Shown here piece by piece: positions 58,281-64,000 of a DNA stretch of 64,000 nt. Source of the stretch: Candidatus Dojkabacteria bacterium (lineage in GTDB: Bacteria > Patescibacteriota > Dojkabacteria > B142 > WJKM01); contig WJKM01000019.1 of the NCBI GenBank assembly GCA_014729085.1, positions 836 to 64,835 of the forward strand, written 5' to 3'. The translations under genes and the position numbers were made by a program. The notes beneath the pieces were generated by a model. It was not told where the DNA came from, searched no databases, and worked only from the letters and a program-made list of their open reading frames with translations. How positions within the stretch are numbered: position 1 is the stretch's first letter; each line of letters begins with the position of its first letter.

Positions 58281-59474
58281 ATGATTTATTATGTGGTTCC
58301 TGAATTAAAATTACAACCTACATGGGGAGGAGACTATATTTCAAACAAAAAAAATCTCAAAATTTCTGATTCCAAAATTGGACAAGCCTACGAATTTTAC
58401 TCCGAATCCAAGGTGATTCCAGCGCATTTACTTAAAGATACAGCAGCATCGAAATATCCATATATAGTGATTGATAAAGATAATAAAAAAGATGAATCTG
58501 CTTTAAAAAAGTATAAAAAAGATGTAAAAAAATTAAGTAAATTGAAAATGAAGGAAATTTTTGGACAAAAAGATATTCCCAATATACTAATAAAATTTTC
58601 TCAAGCTAAAGGTACTTCGTTTCAGATTCATACCAAGGAAAAAACAAAGAAATTCCTACCAAAACCAGAAGCCTGGTATTTCTTTAATAAAGGGAAAGTA
58701 ACTTTAGGACTAAAACCAAAAATAGATATAGATGAATATAAAAAAACATGTAAAAACATCTATAAACTCACAAAAACAATTTCCAAAGAAGTAAAAAAGA
58801 AAGATAAATCCATAGAAGAAGCAAGAAAGGAATTAAGTCAATATATAGAAATGAATAATCCACTTGAATATGTCAATACTGTGATTCTAGAAAAAGAAAA
58901 AATAGTCGATAATACTTTAGGTGGGATCCATCATTCTTGGGAAGAGGATGAAGCTTTAATTCCTTTTGGCAATATTATTTATGAAGTCCAACAAGATGTA
59001 AGTGATGAAAAATCCACCATTCGGGCATACGATAAAGGGAAACTGCTTGATGATGGTTCTCATAGGAAATTACAAATAGATGATTACTTTGAAAATATCA
59101 AAAAAGGTCGAAAAAATAATAAACCTAAAACTTCAATTAAAGCAAAAATTAGACTCAAGGAAGTGAAAAAATGGACTCTAAATAAAATTTTCGACACAAA
59201 ATATTTCCAAATGGATGAATTACTAGTTAAAAAAGATTATGATGTGGAAAAATTAGGTTTCAGACATATATTTGTAAGAAGAGGAAGTGGAAGCTTAATT
59301 ACTGAGGACGAGGAGATTGAACTACAGACTGGATGCTCTTATATCCTCCCCCATAACACACAAGAGGTCAGAATTAAGAACGCAAAAAAAGTTGATCCTA
59401 AAGACCGTACAAATAAAAATGCCCTTGTATTATTATTAACATACAAAGAATTCATAGATTTAGAAAAAAAATAA
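58281..59474 (+). CDS. Type I phosphomannose isomerase-like cupin protein
   Basis: WGG, LIKF, SFQIH, KPEAW, GIHHS and EVQQ motifs. Confidence 0.72.
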   Translation: MIYYVVPELKLQPTWGGDYISNKKNLKISDSKIGQAYEFYSESKVIPAHLLKDTAASKYPYIVIDKDNKKDESALKKYKKDVKKLSKLKMKEIFGQKDIPNILIKFSQAKGTSFQIHTKEKTKKFLPKPEAWYFFNKGKVTLGLKPKIDIDEYKKTCKNIYKLTKTISKEVKKKDKSIEEARKELSQYIEMNNPLEYVNTVILEKEKIVDNTLGGIHHSWEEDEALIPFGNIIYEVQQDVSDEKSTIRAYDKGKLLDDGSHRKLQIDDYFENIKKGRKNNKPKTSIKAKIRLKEVKKWTLNKIFDTKYFQMDELLVKKDYDVEKLGFRHIFVRRGSGSLITEDEEIELQTGCSYILPHNTQEVRIKNAKKVDPKDRTNKNALVLLLTYKEFIDLEKK

Positions 59475-59501
59475 AAAACTTAAAATCTTAACTGCCCTTC
59501 G

Positions 59502-60578
59502 ATGGATTTAGATAATATAAGAAAAATACAAAAGCTGGATAAAAAGAATATCAACTCCTCATTAATGCATTTTATAGATCAGTGCAAACAAGGCTGGACA
59601 GAAGCATCTAACCTTCCCCTCAACTACTCATACAAAGATTTGAATCACATTATTACATGTGCCATGGGGGGTTCCCTACTTGGAGCAAGAATATTAAGAC
59701 ATGTCTTTCATCAAGACATAAAAATTCCTTTTAATTATTATGCTCAGTATAATATTCCAGGCTATGTAAATGATAAAACTCTTGCAATTATAATAAGCAA
59801 CTCCGGAAACACAGAAGAAACGCTTTCTGCATATGACCAAGCAAAAAAAATTACTAATAAAATCATAGGAATAACTAAAGGCGGTAAACTTGGCCCTCTC
59901 TGTAAAAAGGATGGTTTCCCGGTTTATTTAATAGATGACAGAGATTTAAACCCCTCATCTGTTCCAAGAGTTGCTGTTGGTTTCCAAATTGGGGCTATTA
60001 CAGCTATTCTGAATAAAATAAACTTAATCCCGATTCCTGAAAAACGTTTTTTCAACATACTTAATAAAGTTAAAAAACAGCTGAAACCTTTATACCCAGA
60101 AGTCAAATCTAACAGTAATCCTGCAAAACAATCTGCCGAGAAGACTTTTGGGAAAATACCAATAATTATTTCCAGCCAACATCTAACTGGAGTTGGAAAA
60201 AGCATAAATAATCAAATAAATGAATCTGGAAAGAATTTTTCTGCTTATTTTGAACTGCCTGAACAAAATCACCACCAACTAGAAGGATTACAATTTCCAA
60301 CTACAAATTCCCAATATCTGCAGTATCTTCTCTTGGAATCAGATCAGTATCATCCAAGAATTTCAAAACGATACAAAATACTGAAATCAATTCTTGATGA
60401 AGAAGGCATCTCACATATCAGTTTGAGATCAGAGCAAGATACTATGCTCGGGGAAGCTCTCGATACATTACAATTTGGAGGATATTACACCTACTATTTA
60501 GGTCTTTTAAATGAAGTTGATCCAGCTCCAAATCCTTATGTAGATAAATTTAAGAAAATGTTAGGGACATACTCTTAA
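59502..60578 (+). CDS. Bifunctional phosphoglucose/phosphomannose isomerase (SIS domain)
   Basis: AMGGS, SNSGNTEET, QINESGK and PEQNHH motifs. Confidence 0.88.
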   Translation: MDLDNIRKIQKLDKKNINSSLMHFIDQCKQGWTEASNLPLNYSYKDLNHIITCAMGGSLLGARILRHVFHQDIKIPFNYYAQYNIPGYVNDKTLAIIISNSGNTEETLSAYDQAKKITNKIIGITKGGKLGPLCKKDGFPVYLIDDRDLNPSSVPRVAVGFQIGAITAILNKINLIPIPEKRFFNILNKVKKQLKPLYPEVKSNSNPAKQSAEKTFGKIPIIISSQHLTGVGKSINNQINESGKNFSAYFELPEQNHHQLEGLQFPTTNSQYLQYLLLESDQYHPRISKRYKILKSILDEEGISHISLRSEQDTMLGEALDTLQFGGYYTYYLGLLNEVDPAPNPYVDKFKKMLGTYS

Positions 60579-60588
60579 TACTTATGTC

Positions 60589-61848
60589 TTAGAAGCCATC
60601 TTCCGGATTATATAATCTATCAATTGTTATAGCACTACTTAAACCATTAGCTATTGTATCTATATAAAACATGAAATTTTCATCAGATAAATCATCAAGA
60701 CCTAGAGCTTCAGACATTTCTCCTAATAGCAGATCTTGTTCTTGAGGTTCTAGACTCAGTACAAGAGACCTAAATACACCAGACACAAGTTCATTTTCGA
60801 GGGTAAGTTCAAATATCTGTTCGGGAGTATATGGATAGTCACTATGACGATTGAAAACCTGTGCTCTAGTATGCTCCGGAATAATCCTTATTAAAAATTG
60901 ATCAGGCTCGACCCTTCTTAAATCGAGGCTTTGGCCAGATGGTAGATCAGGATCGTGAACAAAACCTGTATTCCTCGACACTAAATCATAACCACCATCG
61001 AAAGGTAATACTGTACTTCCTTGCAAAGCTTGAAGTATTTCTATTTTTTCCCCATAATCTTCAACTCCCATTTCGTCGAGTAAACATCCAAGTGGAGGAA
61101 GGGAAACAAGACCTCCCTCAATATCTACAGCTTCAAGTAATTGACTTAGCTCCTGTTCATTACTATATTCTCCTTCCTGAAAGTCTTCTGGTAAATTCTG
61201 AGAGCATGCTTCAGATGGATCATAAAAATTTGCAGGTATCATGGGAGCACCATAAGAAAAAGAAATCTTATTATAGACTGCAACAGAAATGTCAGCGTTG
61301 TCCACCAGTTCATTTGTCCTTTGAACCACATCTTCGCCGTACTCAATTCCAGTATATTCTTCAATGTAATCAAAAACATTCATTGTAGTCTCATCAACCA
61401 TTCTCTCGAGTTCTGGCTGAGTTAATGTATATTCACCCCCTCCTATAGTAAAAATAGTTCTATCAGCACTTTCATAATTCTGAACGTGATCTATTGAAAT
61501 ATCATTATGATCCCAATAATATTTAGGATTCTCTCCTGGAACAACGGGTATATTAGGATTTAATTCCGTATCTACAACTATTTTTCCATATTCCCCAACT
61601 CTCAAACCTTCTGACAAATTCAGCCCTGGTTCTGTATCCCAATGATATGGATTAGTATCATTCGCATTTATTAGGCCATCTCCATCTTCATCTCCATTTG
61701 GATCAAGAGCTACGGATGTTGGCTCAACTAGTTGAGTGTCAGGTGTTGGATTCGATTCTCCTGTCGCACCAGCACAACCTGCACCAAATAACACAAGGGA
61801 GGTTGGTAGAATCCAACGTAAATGTTTACTTAAATTTTCCTGTTCCAT
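60589..61848 (-). CDS. Acidic putative lipoprotein
   Basis: Lipobox-like GAGC; DEDGDG Ca-binding motif. Confidence 0.65.
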   Translation of the reverse strand: MEQENLSKHLRWILPTSLVLFGAGCAGATGESNPTPDTQLVEPTSVALDPNGDEDGDGLINANDTNPYHWDTEPGLNLSEGLRVGEYGKIVVDTELNPNIPVVPGENPKYYWDHNDISIDHVQNYESADRTIFTIGGGEYTLTQPELERMVDETTMNVFDYIEEYTGIEYGEDVVQRTNELVDNADISVAVYNKISFSYGAPMIPANFYDPSEACSQNLPEDFQEGEYSNEQELSQLLEAVDIEGGLVSLPPLGCLLDEMGVEDYGEKIEILQALQGSTVLPFDGGYDLVSRNTGFVHDPDLPSGQSLDLRRVEPDQFLIRIIPEHTRAQVFNRHSDYPYTPEQIFELTLENELVSGVFRSLVLSLEPQEQDLLLGEMSEALGLDDLSDENFMFYIDTIANGLSSAITIDRLYNPEDGF

Positions 61849-61944
61849 AATTTATGCAATAATATATTGTTTAATGATTATGCCAACTTATAGTCATAAA
61901 AACAATATTTATGTTATATTAAATATCTAAAATTATTAATAAAG

Positions 61945-62496
61945 ATGGTTAAACCATACAAAACTATATCCTCAAAAACTGTTTATAAATCAAAGTTTAT
62001 TGAAATCAAGAAAGATAACTTTGTGGCTCCTAATGGCATTCAAGGCGAATACTAGTATATGAGCGATAAAGCTCAGAGAGTGCATGCAATAGGCCTGGAT
62101 AAGGATAAGAACTTCATTCTTACTAAACAGTATCGCTATCCAATAAAAACCGTAGTGATTGATGTCGCCGGAGGAGTACCTGAACAAAATGAATCCACTC
62201 AACAAGCCGCAGAAAGAGAATTCTTTGAAGAAACAGGCTATAAAGGTCAGAAAATAATTCATTTAGGTAAATGTTCTATAGAACAGGCAAAAGCGGATTA
62301 TTGGCTATATGAATACTTAATTCTAGATTGTTCTCAAAAAGGGAAAATTCATGGTGGTGAAAAAGTCGAGGAAACCGAAGTTTTTAAGCTTCCTGTAAAT
62401 AAGGCATGGAATTATATAAAAAATAATAGAATAGTTTCCTGCCATTCGATTTCAACAATTACTAAAGCTTTGCTATACCTCCAAATAAAAAAATAA
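61945..62496 (+). pseudogene. ADP-ribose pyrophosphatase-like NUDIX gene interrupted by an in-frame TAG
   Basis: MVKPYKTISSKTVYKSKFIEIKKDNFVAPNGIQGEY-TAG(62053-62055)-YMSDK...QYRYP...Nudix box. Confidence 0.7.
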
Positions 62497-62703
62497 TCTC
62501 TTTGTAATTAAATCAGATAAGTCTAGTTTTTTACATTAAATATGAATAGTAGGTGCATTATATATTTATAAAAAAGTGATGTATAATGTGCACAAAGTCT
62601 CCTCCTATGATAGGAGGAATTTATTTCAAGATAACGTAAATGTAGGTTTCTCTATCAAAAATAGATAGATAAACTGTAATTTTTTATTTTTAATAATTAT
62701 CCA

Positions 62704-63792
62704 ATGAAAATAATTATCTTTGCTGGAGGATCAGGCAAAAGATTTTGGCCCTTATCTCGGAAAAAATATCCAAAGCAGTTCCAACCAATAATAAATAACA
62801 AATCTACAATCGAACTAATGGTGGAATGTGTTGCCAAAAAATATGGCTGGGAAAATATTTATATCCCAACTACGGAACTGCTTGTATCACTAATAAAGAA
62901 TACCTTCCCTTCTCTTCCAATAACTAATATTTTTACAGAACCGGTTAGAAGAGATTTGGGAGCTGCTGTGGGTTATGCGATGGTAAAACTCAGAAAAATA
63001 GGTGCAGAAAATGAGCCAGTAACAATTCTTTGGAGTGACAATTTCCCAGGAAATGTTAAAGCTTTCACTAAAAGCATACAAGCAGGAGAAAATTTAATTA
63101 AGGACGATCCCAATAGAATTATTTTTTTAGGTGAAGAGCCAACATTCCCAAATGATAATCTAGGTTGGATTGAACTTGGAGAGAAGATAGATGAAAAAAA
63201 TAAAATCTCTGCTTATAAACGAAAAAGTTTTAAATACAGACCTTCTGTAAAACAGGCAAAACAATGGTTTAAAAAAGATAATTATGTATGGAACACTGGT
63301 TATTTTGTAACTACACCCAAATTTGTTCTTGAAGAATATGCAAAACAAAAACCAAAAATGTATCTTAAGCTGGAAGAGATTGAAAAAGCTCTAGGTACAG
63401 ATAAGGAAATTGAAGTATTGAAAAAAGTATATCCGGAAATAGAAACCACTCATTTTGACAACGTCGTTCTTGAAGGATTAGACAATAATTTATCTTTGGT
63501 TCTCAAGACCAAATTTGAATGGACAGACCCAGGAACTCTCTATGCTCTTAAAGAATATTTACAGGAAAACCCTGAAGATAATGTTACAAAGGGTCTTGTA
63601 TATCCTTACCAGACAAAGGACTCCCTAGTTTACAATTTTGTAAAAAATCAAATTGTGGCCACAATTGGACTAGATGGTTTTGTTGTAGTAAATACCCCAG
63701 ATGCTCTAATTGTTTTGCATAAAGACAAAATTGGACAAATTAAAGAAATGCTTAAAGAATGGCATGGTACAGAACTTGAAAAATATCTCTAA
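62704..63792 (+). CDS. manC: Mannose-1-phosphate guanylyltransferase
   Basis: AGGSGKRFWPLSR..PKQF, EPVRRD, WNTG and WTDPGT motifs. Confidence 0.9.
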   Translation: MKIIIFAGGSGKRFWPLSRKKYPKQFQPIINNKSTIELMVECVAKKYGWENIYIPTTELLVSLIKNTFPSLPITNIFTEPVRRDLGAAVGYAMVKLRKIGAENEPVTILWSDNFPGNVKAFTKSIQAGENLIKDDPNRIIFLGEEPTFPNDNLGWIELGEKIDEKNKISAYKRKSFKYRPSVKQAKQWFKKDNYVWNTGYFVTTPKFVLEEYAKQKPKMYLKLEEIEKALGTDKEIEVLKKVYPEIETTHFDNVVLEGLDNNLSLVLKTKFEWTDPGTLYALKEYLQENPEDNVTKGLVYPYQTKDSLVYNFVKNQIVATIGLDGFVVVNTPDALIVLHKDKIGQIKEMLKEWHGTELEKYL

Positions 63793-63810
63793 TAAAATTA
63801 TCAATTAATC

Positions 63811-64000
63811 ATGGCTTACAAACATTCAAAATTTACTGGATACAACTCTATAGTTGAAATTATTCAAGAAAATGGAAGTAAATATGTATTAAAAACTATA
63901 CGTATTCCAATGGAACTCTCAGTTGTTCAAGATTTGGAGCAAAGGATACTCCTGCAAAGATCAGCTCTTGAATCTATGGGTATCTCTATTCCCGAGCTCA
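63811..64000 (+). CDS. Partial ORF, possibly kinase/phosphotransferase-like
   Basis: MAYKHSKFTGYNSIVEIIQENGSKYVLKT...; runs off the window. Confidence 0.5.
   Translation, partial: MAYKHSKFTGYNSIVEIIQENGSKYVLKTIRIPMELSVVQDLEQRILLQRSALESMGISIPEL

Noticed and set aside
6023-63348. Numerous short antisense or nested ORFs in the track (e.g. 6023..6433, 10358..10726, 26358..26939, 53213..53704, 60939..61388)
   Set aside because: Shadows of well-supported genes on the opposite strand or in another frame, with no motifs.
1-64000. Alternative genetic code (TGA=Gly or TAG recoding)
   Set aside because: Long conserved genes are intact under code 11 and end at TGA or TAG at expected positions (e.g. 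tmk TGA, tig TAG); only one internal TAG was seen in a recognisable gene.
1-64000. CRISPR array, rRNA, tRNA, transposase or integrase
   Set aside because: No regularly spaced repeats, cloverleaf or rRNA motifs, or recombinase ORFs were recognised by eye; a covariance-model scan was not possible.

Overview
AT-rich bacterial chromosomal window in standard genetic code 11. The gene content (TrmB-like regulators, ThyX, split transketolase, domain-fused aminoacyl-tRNA synthetases, many orphans) suggests Patescibacteria/CPR, possibly Dojkabacteria; this is an inference. Housekeeping genes include nusA, trpS, ileS, tig, recF, tmk, thyX, a dispersed suf set, surE, two lepB, soj/parA and mannose-activation genes. 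No rRNA, tRNA, CRISPR array or intact transposase was recognised. The main result is a set of unannotated ribosome-dependent attenuators on the minus strand, each a short leader ORF with a run of one aromatic amino acid, an antiterminator and an intrinsic terminator. (1) Two tandem Tyr leaders (Y3, Y5) precede a glutamate-cysteine-ligase-like gene and an Asp/Glu-family racemase. (2) A Phe leader (F5) precedes a 613-aa ATP-grasp-like protein. (3) A TrpR operator, trpR and a Trp leader (WW) precede a second racemase and a second ATP-grasp-like protein. (4) A WW leader precedes trpS. Several controlled proteins are depleted in the amino acid their leader senses. This points to an aromatic-amino-acid starvation system built from racemases and amide-bond ligases rather than biosynthetic enzymes. 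Also notable are an IleRS with three inserted enzyme domains, a YbaK-TrpRS-tRNA-binding fusion, a further attenuator with a non-canonical leader, and several small unannotated or broken ORFs.
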